From positions 1 to 31,867 of the forward strand of contig NIVC01003135.1 in the NCBI GenBank assembly GCA_002269645.1: a stretch of 31,867 nucleotides of DNA. The letters are read 5' to 3'. The position numbers were made by a program, and so were the translations under genes. Below the pieces are notes generated by a model that was given only the letters and a program-made list of their open reading frames with translations, did not search any database and was not told where the DNA came from. This DNA is from Macrostomum lignano. Its lineage: Eukaryota. Positions within the stretch are counted from its first letter, which is position 1. Every line of letters starts with the position of its first letter. Below, in pieces: positions 7,393 through 18,160 of this stretch.

Positions 7393-10300
7393 TCAGTCGA
7401 GTTCGTCTCTGGGCGGTGGCGGCGGCGCCCGCGGCTTCCGGTGGCTGTCCGGTGACTGCGGACGCCGGGCAGAGGGCCGCAAGGGCTGCTGCCGAGGCTC
7501 CGAGCGCTGCCGACTCTGTCGCTGCTGGCTGGCAGATCCGGCGGCATCAGCGCCGGCCGAGTCCACCGGCTGTTCGGGCGGTCTGAGCGCCTGCGATTGG
7601 ACTCGACGAAATGCGTCGCGAGGGTCGGCAGCGGAACTGAAATTGGGAAGCGGGACGGCAGAGTCAGGATGGGACTCGGGTTGCCAGGGTGGAAAACTTT
7701 GGCTGTGTAGTGGCGTCTGGGTTTTGAAATGGCGTCTGGGTTTTGAAATGGCGTCTGGGCTTTGAAATGGCGTCTGGGCTTTTAATAAATGGCAACTGGG
7801 TCTTTAAAAATGGCATATGGATTTTCACAAATGGCATCTAGATTTTCAAAAATGGCACCTAGATTTTCAAAAATAACATCTGGGTTCTCACAAATGGCAT
7901 CAGGTTTTTTACAAATGGCATCTGGGTTTTCACAAATGGCATCTGGGTTTTTCACAAATGGTATCTGGGTTTTTACAAATGGCATCTGGGTTTTCACAAA
8001 TGGCATCTGGTTTTTCACAAATGGCATCTGGGTTTTTACAAATGGCATATGGTTTTTCACAAATGGCATCTGGGTTTTCACAAATGGCATCTGGGTTTTT
8101 ACAAATGGCATCTGGGTTTTCACAAATGGCATCTGGTTTTTCACAAATGGCATCTGGTTTTTCACAAATGGCATCTGGTTTTTCACAAATGGCATCTGGG
8201 TTTTCAAAATTGGCATCTGGTTTTTACAAATGGCATCTGTTTAGCTTCAACTTGGCGTTCTGATTCCGATTAAAAATGGTAATCGGGCTTGATAAAATGG
8301 CATACAAATTTAAAGGACTCTTGTATAAAAATGGTTCTCAGTTAAAACGCCTAAATCTCTAAATCCGATGCCAGAAAGCCGGATTCAACACCAACAGTGC
8401 CCTGTAGACCCCCCAGCCCACCGGCGCAGCCCGCACCAGGCCTCCTTGTCTCCGGCCGAACTGCCCTGCGGAGCCTCGGCCGACCACTGAGCGAAGGCGG
8501 CCTTGCCGCGCCTGATGGCCTCAGCGAAGAGCGCCATGTACAGCTGTATCGCCTGCGGCGAGTCATCGTTGCCGGGCACCGGGTAGGTCACCAGACGAGG
8601 GTCCGAGTTCGAGTCGCAGATGCCAACGGTGGGAATCATAACCTGTTGGATTGGGGTTGCTGGATTTTATCTTTGCACTCCTATACAAATGTACTGAGCT
8701 CAAAAAAGGTCGAAAAAACAAAAGCACCCAATCAAAGCTAGCACAACTCGGAGTTGGGGTCAAATGAAGCACCAATCTCAGAAAGTGCACAACATCTACT
8801 GGCAAGTTAAGGTCAAAGGTCAAATACTACATAATCGTAAGTTCTGAGGTCAAAGGTCAAAAAATATATACTGGCAATTGCTAAGGTCAAAGGTCAAATA
8901 CTACATTATGGTAAGTTCTGAGGTCAAAGGTCAAAAAATATATACTGGAAATTACTAAGGTCAAAGGTCAAATGCCTAATCCCAGCAATGACTAAAGGTC
9001 AAAGTGGCGCACCTTGGCACAGGCGGCAATGGCGGGATGCGGCAGCATGACGGGGCTCATGCAGGAGAGGAACACGGCCAGGTCGGGCAGCCGGGTGGCC
9101 GTATCGAAATAAGTGGCGGCATCGGTGACCGCCTGGTCCACCCAGGGCCGGGTGTAGGCGAATTCGCCCATCTCGGCGGCGCGTCGTTCCACCAGGGGCG
9201 ACAGGGCGGGCCAGCCCTGCCACAGGAACAGAACGATGCCGCCTCGGGCGGCCACGTGAGCGGTGAAGTTGAGGGCCCGGCGCAACAAAGGCGCCGTCTG
9301 CTCCAAGTCGATGATGTCGACGCCGCACCGGCAGCCAAAGAGGCTGGGCGTCATCCATTCGCTGCGGCAACCGGCCTTGTGGCCAAGGTGGACTCGGTGC
9401 TCCATCAGCTGGCGCTTGCTGACCAACCGGTTCACCTGGGCAACGGAGTGGGTGGTGGAGTCGGTCTTTTGAAGGCCGATTTAAGAAGAAGCTACCATAA
9501 TCGAGAAGAGTTTTGAAGGCCGATTTAAGGAGAAGCTACCATATTCGAGAAGAGTTTTGAAGGCCGATTTAAGGAGAAGCTACCATATTCGAGAAGAGTT
9601 TTGAAGGCCGATTCAAGGAGAAGCTACCATATTCGAGAAGAGTTTTGAAGGCCGATTCAAGAAGCTACCATATTTGAGGGAGGGGGGCCGTAGCCCAGCG
9701 GTAGCGCAGCTGCTCTGGTATGCCAGCGACCCAGGCTCGATTTCAAGTGCAGTCACATTAATTTGGGGCTGAATTGGAATCTCGGCTTGGCTCTGCTCGT
9801 GCAATTAACGGCCTTGAGAGCCAACCCCCCAAGGCACAGTGAAGTGTACATGCCTAACGTTAAAATAAAGTTAGGGCCGCTGTACACTCCTGTGTGAGTG
9901 TGTGCCTGCGTACGTATCCGCGCGCTTGTGTGCCTGCTCAGGGGAGTCGGCGGAATGGGCAGTAATGCCTCTCGCCGGTTGTGTGCCTATGTCGCTTAAA
10001 GTGCGCCAGGGTGCACACAACCCCCTGCCTCTAATAAAATACCATATTTGAGAAGAGTTTCGAAGGGCGATTTAAGAAGAAGCTACCATATTCGAGAAGA
10101 GTTTTGAAGGCCGATTTAAGGAGAAGCTACCATATTTGAGAAGAGTTTTGAAGGCTTATTTAAGGTGAAGCTATCATATTCGAGAAGAGCTTGGAAGGCT
10201 GGTTTAAAGAAGCAATCGCGAGACGGCTCAGGGACATGGATTTTGATTACCTGAAAGTAATCATCAATACGCAAGCTCTGCTCCATGGTGACATTCTTGG

Positions 10301-10451
10301 CTGGCTGCCAGTTAAGTGGAGAATCCGCCGCAGACGCAGGTGGCCCGGGTGCAGCGGGCGCTGCTGCGGGAGCGGCGGCCGCGCTGAAGCCAGCAGTTTG
10401 GGGCGGGCGCAGCAGCAGGCATCGGCGGAGGCAGCGGCCAACCAGCGCCAT
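7393..10451 (-). CDS. MRPS2: Mitochondrial ribosomal protein S2 (uS2m), 4 exons: join(10451..10251, 9435..9013, 8642..8437, 7636..7393), ~357 aa
   Basis: DDYFQ|[22 protein letters not shown]...DIIDLEQTA...ALNFTAHVA...RLPDL...AK|[28 protein letters not shown] are uS2m signature motifs. Introns are GT-AG with phases 0,0,2. Exon 4 (low-complexity tail) is less certain; without it exon 3 reads to the TGA at 8385. Confidence 0.93.
7710..8240. repeat. 20-22-bp minisatellite (AAATGGCATCTGGGTTTTCAC) x~25 in MRPS2 intron 3
   Basis: Direct observation. Confidence 0.96.
8806..9005 (+). repeat. 37-bp periodic (74-bp dimeric) array with five perfect AGGTCAAAGGTCA motifs in MRPS2 intron 2
   Basis: Motif starts at 8810, 8847, 8884, 8921 and 8958, with a partial copy at 8996. 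Confidence 0.9.
9467..10210. repeat. 44-bp minisatellite (TTTTGAAGGCCGATTTAAGGAGAAGCTACCATATTCGAGAAGAG) in MRPS2 intron 1, split by a SINE
   Basis: Units start at 9467, 9511, 9555, 9599 and 9643, and resume after 10040. Confidence 0.95.
9679..10039 (+). mobile_element. tRNA-derived SINE (~360 bp) with 13-bp target-site duplication
   Basis: A-box TAGCCCAGCGG (9691-9701), B-box-like GGCTCGATTTC (9734-9744) and an A-rich end (TAATAAAA). It is flanked by TACCATATTTGAG at 9666-9678 and 10040-10052. Confidence 0.85.
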
Positions 10452-13059
10452 AGGGGACCGCTGGAATAGATTTCGGGCAGAGTTCTGGTGATGTGCTTTA
10501 GTTCATGGTTACCAGCTGCAACACCTGCTTATTAAGCTTATGAATGTGATTTTGTGATGGGTCAATATTGAAAATTCCGAAGTAGACCCTTGCACGGCCT
10601 CGGCTGAGCTACCCCTATAGAATTGCATGCCATGTGGACATGGCAGTGCAAAGGACAAGCAAATATTCCCAAATATATGAAGCAATGCAGTGCACTATGT
10701 CTAAAATATCTATATATCTTGGGCTGATTGCTACATTTGAAAATCTATTCCAATAAGGACATAGCTTAAGCAATTGGTCTTAAAGTAATACTAATAACCT
10801 TTAGTTTACAAAAATATTTTAAATTTGTGCTAGTCCTAATAAGTGATAATGCTAATGTGGCACAGAAAGTGTCCAAGAGTTCTCTATAGCCCAAAAGGAA
10901 TGAGTGATAATGCTGATATGTTGCATAAGTGTCTGAGTTTTATATGGCACAAGGGGGTTATAGCTAGTATCTAATAAATGCTAAGTAGAAGAAATAACAG
11001 AAAGCATATTTACCAATTATAATTATTCTAAAGCATAAAGCACTCTAGAGCATATTTTGTCTCTATGTGACCAAAAATAGCTAGACATTTACTTAGACAG
11101 TGCAACCAAATGAAGCACTACCAAATTTTAACTATACTCTAGAAGGCATATATCATGCCAGAAAATTCTAGTTTGCATTTGATTTGGCCAAAGAATGTTG
11201 GCATCCATGGGCATGCATTTGGATATTGTATGGCAGAAGTGGCATGCTATGGTGTAAAAGAGCTTGATGGCATAGAATGTGGCATGAAAGTGGGACATGT
11301 CTTCTTGAGTGTTGAGATATGGCAGAGGGTGTTATAATTCTATATTATAGAACATACCATAGTTCTTGAAAATACTTGTAAATCTGCTTTATCTTATTTA
11401 TTTATACTGCAAAACAAAAATATTTTTGTGCGAGAAAATCTTTATATTATGTTTTAATTCTTATGGCATTTAAAAGTGTATTCTTCTGCTTTTTTGTATT
11501 ATAATTTATTGTCAATTTTTAATTTTTATAGCACAGTGTGCATAACATGTAATTGGCAAGCATGGCAACAACTGCATGCAATAGGTATGCAAACAAAAAA
11601 CTCTCTAGTATACATTCTGGCATGTATCCAACCTATAGTTTGGAACATTTTATATGTACCTCAGAAAAATACTATCTAAATCTTTGGTATAAGCCAATGT
11701 ACACTATATGCATATGCACTACTTTATGCAAAGCTCTAAATCATAAATTTTGAAATGATACTACTAAACTGATGATTTCAATATCTAAATTCAATTAGAC
11801 AAAGTTAAAAACTAAAAATAATAATTATATTTGTATAATGTTTCATATGTATAAAAAACAAAAGTAAAATTTGTACATTTTTGCCATAGTCTCATAAAGG
11901 CCTAATTTTAGGGAAAATTCCTATGTGCTATAATGTGTATTGACTTTTGAAAATTCACAGTGCACACAGAGTAGGTGTAGCCATTTCCACCAACATGTAG
12001 CTATGTGCTTAGTATGCATAGCAAATTGCATACTATTGCATAGCATGAAGGATAGTGTAGCTCATATTTATTAAGTTTTTTTTGGCTGCCATGGAAGTTA
12101 TGCTTGGCCAGCAGCCATGTTTTCCATATTGGGCCTTTAAGATATTAGGACAATAAATGACCTTTTTCGCAGTTGCAATATGGGATCTTTTTCAATATGC
12201 ACATAAAGTATATAGGCAATATACCTTTTTCAAAAAACACTAAGTAAAAAATTAAATAAAACTCAATAAATTTTTGTAACATTATTATTATAAATAATTA
12301 TCTGCTTAAACTAGACCTAATAAAAAATATGGATTTTATTACAACAACAAAAACTTATTTTGGCATAATCCTAGTTTTCCAAGTTGAATTATTTAGAAAA
12401 AAATTGAATTTCAGCCTATTTTATGACTGACTATATCAGCATGTCATCATAGTTTGCCTAGGATTATGCCTTTACTTTTATTAACAAAAATGTTAATTTA
12501 GTTTTTTTGGAATTTTTAATTTAGTTATTTTTTCCCACATTGCTTTTTTTCCCACTTCTAAAAAAACTTTTTTTTAACCTGATTAAATGCCAATTCATCA
12601 TACTGCTATGCTGCTATATTGCACAACAAAAAAACAAAAATAGGAGCTACATTGTCATACATGCTATGCAACAGCAGATTTTTAAACAGATCTTTGGCGC
12701 ATGACCAAGATGGCCACAGCTCTGAATGGCTGCTTGGATAGGAATAGGTCTATATATTTCCTCATTTTCTATTGGCTGTGATTGGGGTGGGGTATGACCT
12801 AGCTTCAAGTCTTAGAGAAGACAGATTTTGTTAGTGAAATTAGACTAAGTAAAACAAAAAACACTTCCCTTTATAGCAGGTATTACTACCTACTAAAGCT
12901 AGTAGCACTACTAGCACAAGACATTTGGTTTTTGTATCATGGATAATAGTTTCAAACCTATCTTCAATATACTAAAACTGACATGTTTTTTGTATATGTT
13001 AAATGTTAAAGGTAGAGGTTAAAGGTATTAGTTATGATAGAAGTAAGCAAAAATTGGAG

Positions 13060-13480
13060 TGCCCTCTTATCTCTGATCTTTTCTCTCATCTCTGCACTCT
13101 CGTCTCTTATCTTTTCTCTCTCATCTCTGCCCTCTCGTCTCTAATCTTTTCTCTCTCTCATCTCTGCCCTCTCCTCTCTCATCTCTTGCCTTCTCCTCTT
13201 TCATCTCATCCTCTCCTTACCTCTCTTCTCTCCTCTCTCCTTATCTCTATCCTCTCCTCTCTCCTCACCTCTTTGCTTTCATCTCCCTTTTCCTCTTCAT
13301 TCTCTTCTCCTTTCCTGCCTTTCTCCTCTCCATTAATCTCCCTTCTCCTCTCTCTCTGCTCGTATTTAATCTCTCCTCTCATCAACTCTCTTCTCCTTTA
13401 TTCCTTCGCCTCTCCTTTATCCTATGCTTGTATTTCTCTTCTCTATTCCTTACCCTCTCTCCTCACCTCTGGCCCACTGT
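13060..13480. repeat. CT-rich low-complexity tract
   Basis: Near-pure pyrimidine degenerate repeat. Confidence 0.85.
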
Positions 13481-13729
13481 CATCAGGACTCCTTGCTTCA
13501 CTTTGGGGGCCAACAAAGTGGACTATAGAAGGGCAGTCATAAGCTGGGTTCTCAATTGAGGTAAAAAGTTTGCCAACCCCTGCACTAAAAGCACCTGGCT
13601 TAGTCACATTTTCATCTTTCATCTTCACTTTCATCTTCTGTCTCAGCTCAGCTTATATCTAGTTCTAAAATCTGAAGTCATACTCAAACAAAAACTTGTC
13701 TTTTGAAAACATGTATTGGCAAAATCTCT

Positions 13730-13925
13730 GGCCTCCTGTCTCTCTCTATGTCCTTCAGATCCTTTGAAACTTCTATCTTCTCTTTTGTTTCCTATCTCTC
13801 TCTCCTCTTCTCTTCTTTCCTATCTCCTCTTTCCCATCTTCTCTTGTCAATCTTCCCTCACCTCTCTTCTCTTTCATCTTTGCTCTCTCTTCTCATTTAT
13901 CTCTGGTCTCCACTCTCTCCCCTTA
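13730..13925. repeat. CT-rich low-complexity tract
   Basis: Near-pure pyrimidine degenerate repeat. Confidence 0.8.
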
Positions 13926-14029
13926 GGAAAGAAGGAAAGATAGGAAAGATAGATAGCAAACATAGGAAAAAAGCCAATGTTTGAAAAAGTGCCCGACTTG
14001 TACCAGCTGAGGCCAGCTAGAAGGCAATG

Positions 14030-14195
14030 CGAGAGAGATATTGTTGTAGAATATCCAATCGAGAATGTGCCCACCCACCTTCTGGTGGATGGGGGCAGTG
14101 CGCTGTCTTTGCTAAGAGCCAAAGACTATTCTAAAATCACTAGGAGTGTGGAGGCCTTGGAGCCCCCATGTGTGAAGGCCGTGTCATGCCATTAA
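14030..14195 (+). mobile_element. Degenerate Ty3/Gypsy-type aspartic protease fragment
   Basis: IENVPTHLLVDGGSALSLL...LEPPCVKAV resembles the retropepsin LVD(T/S)G(S/A)xxS(L/I) motif with the catalytic T/S changed to G. No other Gypsy domains are seen. Confidence 0.5.
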
Positions 14196-14679
14196 AGATT
14201 ATAGGACTGAGAAAATTTATTTATTAGGAGTTAGTCTCCCATTTGACCCCGCTGAGTGGCAGAATGGTAGTCAGCCCGTGATTGCTTAATCCCCTCCCAA
14301 TTAGCATATTGAAAGTTTGCTCATGTTGGCCCATTGGATACCATTTTTCGCTTATTTACGTGCGCTTTCCATTATATTCAAACTATGTTGTGACTCCATG
14401 CTCATGTGGCGATGTTTATATATTTAGGATTTGAGCTTGAACTTTGAGCTCAAATTTAAGCTTGTACGGTATGTGTTTATTCTTTATAAGTCAATATTAT
14501 CTTGGAAACCGGAAAAATTTCTATGGGTCTGCCCCGCAGGAGGTCCTGCCCCGCAGGAGGTCCTGCCCCGCTGTTTAAAATTTTGTAGGAACAATAGAAG
14601 TCTGGAATTGTTAAAGTTAGCACATTTCAGTTTGATTTCTCATGTTTGTTCGCACCTTGTAGGTCAGTGCAAAATTCTC

Positions 14680-15205
14680 TCTATTCCCTCTCCTCTATCA
14701 TCTCAACCTTCTCTCCTATTATTTATTTCCTGTCTTATCTCCTCTCTCTCATCTCTCATCTGTACTCTCCTTTAACATCTCTCCTCTTTTTTCCCAACTC
14801 TCCCAACTCTTCTCTCAACTTTCTCCCCTTTACTCTTTCACCTCCCCTTTCTACTCTTTCCTCCCTCTCATCTCTCTTGCTCTCCCATCTCTCTTCTCCT
14901 TTCTACTCTTTCCCTTCTCCATTCTTCTATTTCCTTTCATCTCTCTTCTCTCCCTTCCCCTCTCTTCTTGTCCTCTCAATTCTCCCCCTTTATTCTCCTT
15001 TCTCCTTCACTCCACTTCTCTCCCATTGTCTCTTATGTCTACTCTCACATATTTCTCTTCTCTCTCCACTTGTCTCTATAATCTCTTCTCTCTCCTCTCT
15101 CCTCTCTCCTCTGTTCTAGCTCTACTGTCTCATTTCTTGTCTCTGCTCTCTCATCTCTCCTTTCTCCTCTTTTATCTCTTCTATCTCATCTCTTCTCTCT
15201 TCTGT
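14680..15205. repeat. CT-rich low-complexity tract
   Basis: Near-pure pyrimidine degenerate repeat. Confidence 0.85.
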
Positions 15206-15444
15206 TTGTATCAGACTTGTATCTGTACATGTATTTAGAGGTTCGGCTTATTTTGATGAGATTTCAGAATTGTCAGACTTTGATTAAATCCTTGCATTTC
15301 TTGGGTATATACTTGCTGAAAAATACATGCATCTCATATCTGTGCAAATTTGTTGCAGTGCATAAAGAGTACAAATGATATTTACATAAATAAATCTGAG
15401 GCTTCATGCTAAGTGCTACATGCAAAGTCACTATATTGAGTTAT

Positions 15445-15813
15445 TTATTTATGAGCCAGATTGTTATCATGGCCGGTTATCATTATCATAGCTTGTGCCA
15501 GAATCAGATGCACTGGTTCTGGATTTTCAGCAGGCAGAGGAACAGCCGCTGGTCTAGAATTTGGGGCTTGTACATGTACCACTGCAGCATCTGCAGCTTG
15601 AGACACTGCTAAGTTACCTGTAGGAGCCCGTCTATTGCATTGATTGCAAAGCCAGAAAAACTCACCGACATTTCTCATTGCAGAATACTGATTGATTGTG
15701 ACGCGACTATCACATGCACAATGCTGCCAATTCAAGCATTGAGAACACTCAATTGCTTCTTGTCCATCGCAAACTGGCTGCAGACAGACCACACATGGAT
15801 ATCCGCCTGCCAT
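15445..15813 (-). CDS. Small ORF with a complete N-terminal PHD finger (C4HC3), probably transposon-derived; functionality uncertain
   Basis: CVVC...ECSQC..WQHCAC...FWLCNQC provides all eight zinc ligands. ATG context is aaaATGG, with a candidate acceptor (ctcattcactgacag) ~26 nt upstream. Confidence 0.55.
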   Translation of the reverse strand: MAGGYPCVVCLQPVCDGQEAIECSQCLNWQHCACDSRVTINQYSAMRNVGEFFWLCNQCNRRAPTGNLAVSQAADAAVVHVQAPNSRPAAVPLPAENPEPVHLILAQAMIMITGHDNNLAHK

Positions 15814-17479
15814 TTTGTATCTAAGTGCTTAGACTGCTGTCAGTGAATGAGACAGATGAATTTTGAACAGGGCATGAAATTTATGCAGTTTTTATCCCTT
15901 TAAACAAGTAAATTAGTCTCGACCAATAAGATAAATGGAAAAAAGCTACACCACATTTATATGAAGAAGAGATTTGTTTAATACGAAATATGTTTACAAC
16001 TCTTAGGGGCCTACTATAAGTAGGAAATTAAGACTCGTAACCATTTTTGTCTTTAGCCTTGCAATATACTAATAAAATTTTGACTGTCTGTCTAAACCCC
16101 CCATTGCAACCCCACATCTCCCTACCCAAAGCTATCTAATAGAAAACCAGTTGTCATTTTCCGTGACCCCACCCCAGCTGTGGCCATCTTGGTGTGTGGC
16201 CATCTTGGTCTTACACCATTGCTAGTGCTATCTACCATGCTTTGCCCTGAATTTAAGCCTTGATGCTTGCCCATGAGGCCATGACCTCTTAGTGGTATTT
16301 GTATGAAATGTGGATGGTTGGGTCGTGGGAGTCTATGAAATGGAGTCAGTCACAGTCAGTGATTGATAGGTCTAACCATAATTCTAAAAGCCATTGTAGT
16401 TGTAGTTGTAGGCCTGCCATCTGTCTCTGTCAGTCAATATTCTTATGTCAGGAAGACATACCACTGGATGATGGGCAGAAGGGTTTGCAAATTTTGTGAA
16501 AATGTGAAAATAATTTAATGCAGTAAACTAGAAGATTGCCAACTGCACTAGGCCCTAGTACTAAGTAGTGGCAGTGCTCTCAAAGCTAGGCCTAGCTCAA
16601 TCAATTGGAGAAGGGTGTTGCTACTTTGGCAATAAAATATTTTCCTTGTTAATACAACTAGGCCTAGTCTAGATTAAACATTCACCAAGAAATTTTAAGT
16701 ATAGGGGCCTAAAAATATTTTATACAACTTTAGCAACCATGCCATGTGTGGGCATGGGCATGGCGTGGGTAGTGGGTAGAAATCGAATATCAATCTAATG
16801 CATTGTGGAGATAGGAACATCAGTTTTTCTCGAATAGTTCTCGAGCATGAAGCTTTGAGTTCGGTTTGAGTTATGATAATCGCTTAGTGTCTGGGTGAAG
16901 TCCTGCATGTCAATTTTCAGCGACAGAGAGCAAGCAGAAGTACTCGAAATCGAATATCAATCTAATGCATTGTGGAGATAGGAACATCAGTTTTTTGCAA
17001 ATTGTAAAAAATCCTTTCTATCTGTAGCCGTAATTTTTTTCAAGTCGGTTTATCTCGTGGGTGATGTTTTTTCTGTAAAAAATCATAGCGTTTGGTGCTT
17101 TAAAAGCAAAGATTTTTGTTATTTCCGAATATCGATCTTGAATATCGCTCGGGGAATCCCTGCATGTCAAGTCGTATCGTACAACAGCAGCATACGAAGA
17201 ACGATTCGAAGAATCGTTCGCTAAACTCGAATTCGTGCAAAAATTCATTTATGACAAAACATAACAGATAACACTATAATAGGAAACGAACTAATAAACT
17301 ATGAACGAGAAGTTGAGTTTGAGTTGTGTCGAATAACCTATTAGTTAGCCCCCCCTCCCCCTAGTCGCTTGCACTGAACCAGGGGCCGAATATTATTTAG
17401 GAGGGGGCGGGGGGCGGCCCGCCACCCAAAAACAGCTTGATGGAACATATTGCGCCCCCAAGAATCGGTTCCAGGACCT

Positions 17480-18160
17480 CGGTGAAGGCAATGTCCTCAT
17501 TAGTGCCGGAACGATTGCACTTAATTTGCAGGATATGGGAGCTACTATTGTGCCCGGGAGGTGTTCCACTAACCGAGCTGCTACACTTGGCTGGATTATG
17601 CAGAAGTCGGGTGTCAGGGCTGTGAACGCGGCCTCCATCTTCATAAATGCAATAAACGCCACCGGCGAGGGCGCAGCTAACCCGTGGAAAGCATGCGAGC
17701 AGGTCTTGTGCTGGATGTGAACCCCTGCTGGTGTGGATGTACTGTAAGCAAAGAGTTGCACAGCTGACAGTGAAGAACTCGGCTTCGCTTTAGCACATAC
17801 CCGCCAACGTACTCAGCGAGGCGGCATCATTGCTTGCACCCTGCCGCGAGCCCAGCTTTTCTTGGAGCAGCTGCTGCTGTGGTGCCTGGCTTGCAAAACT
17901 GCTTGAGTTCGATTGGACCCGCTTCGGCCGGTATAGTCATGCAGTCTCCGGCACCGGTGGGGGCGCAGGCTGCTGTGATGGCAGCCTCGCAGTTGTCATC
18001 TTCGCAGTTGCGGGACGTCGAGTCAGGCTGCAGGGCCAGGCTGCTGGCAGTCACGGACCGCAGGGCATCGACGAAAGGAACTGCATGAGCTCTGGCCTGT
18101 CGTTAAAACCGTTGTGCCCGCGGATAATGCAGAAACATGTGTACATTGCTGCATGATCCC
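17480..18160 (-). mobile_element. Frameshifted P-element-superfamily (THAP9-like) transposase C-terminal remnant
   Basis: Successive minus-strand frames give IIRGHNGFNDRPELMQF, ALRSVTASSLAL...RNCEDD, AEYVGGYVLKR...HCQLC and GLAAPS...MEAAF. These follow the order of recalled P-transposase motifs (IRxxGGxNxNP.xQF; NCExD; YIAGYV..CxxC; GLxxPS). Confidence 0.6.

Noticed and set aside
7393-7410. RDEL ER-retention signal in the MRPS2 tail
   Set aside because: The sequence ends RDELD*, so the motif is not C-terminal, and the protein is mitochondrial.
9685-9760. Functional tRNA gene
   Set aside because: Degenerate B-box and no clean cloverleaf. It is the head of the TSD-flanked SINE.
2484-10451. 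Bacterial era/rpsB horizontal transfer or contamination
   Set aside because: Both genes have spliceosomal introns, presequence-like N-termini and animal mitochondrial-type signatures.
13563-13582. hAT-like terminal inverted repeat (reverse complement CAGGGGTTGGCAAACTTTTT)
   Set aside because: Only one end found, with no partner TIR or 8-bp TSD.
13003-15238. Leu/Ser-rich 'membrane protein' ORFs
   Set aside because: Translations of CT-rich low-complexity DNA.
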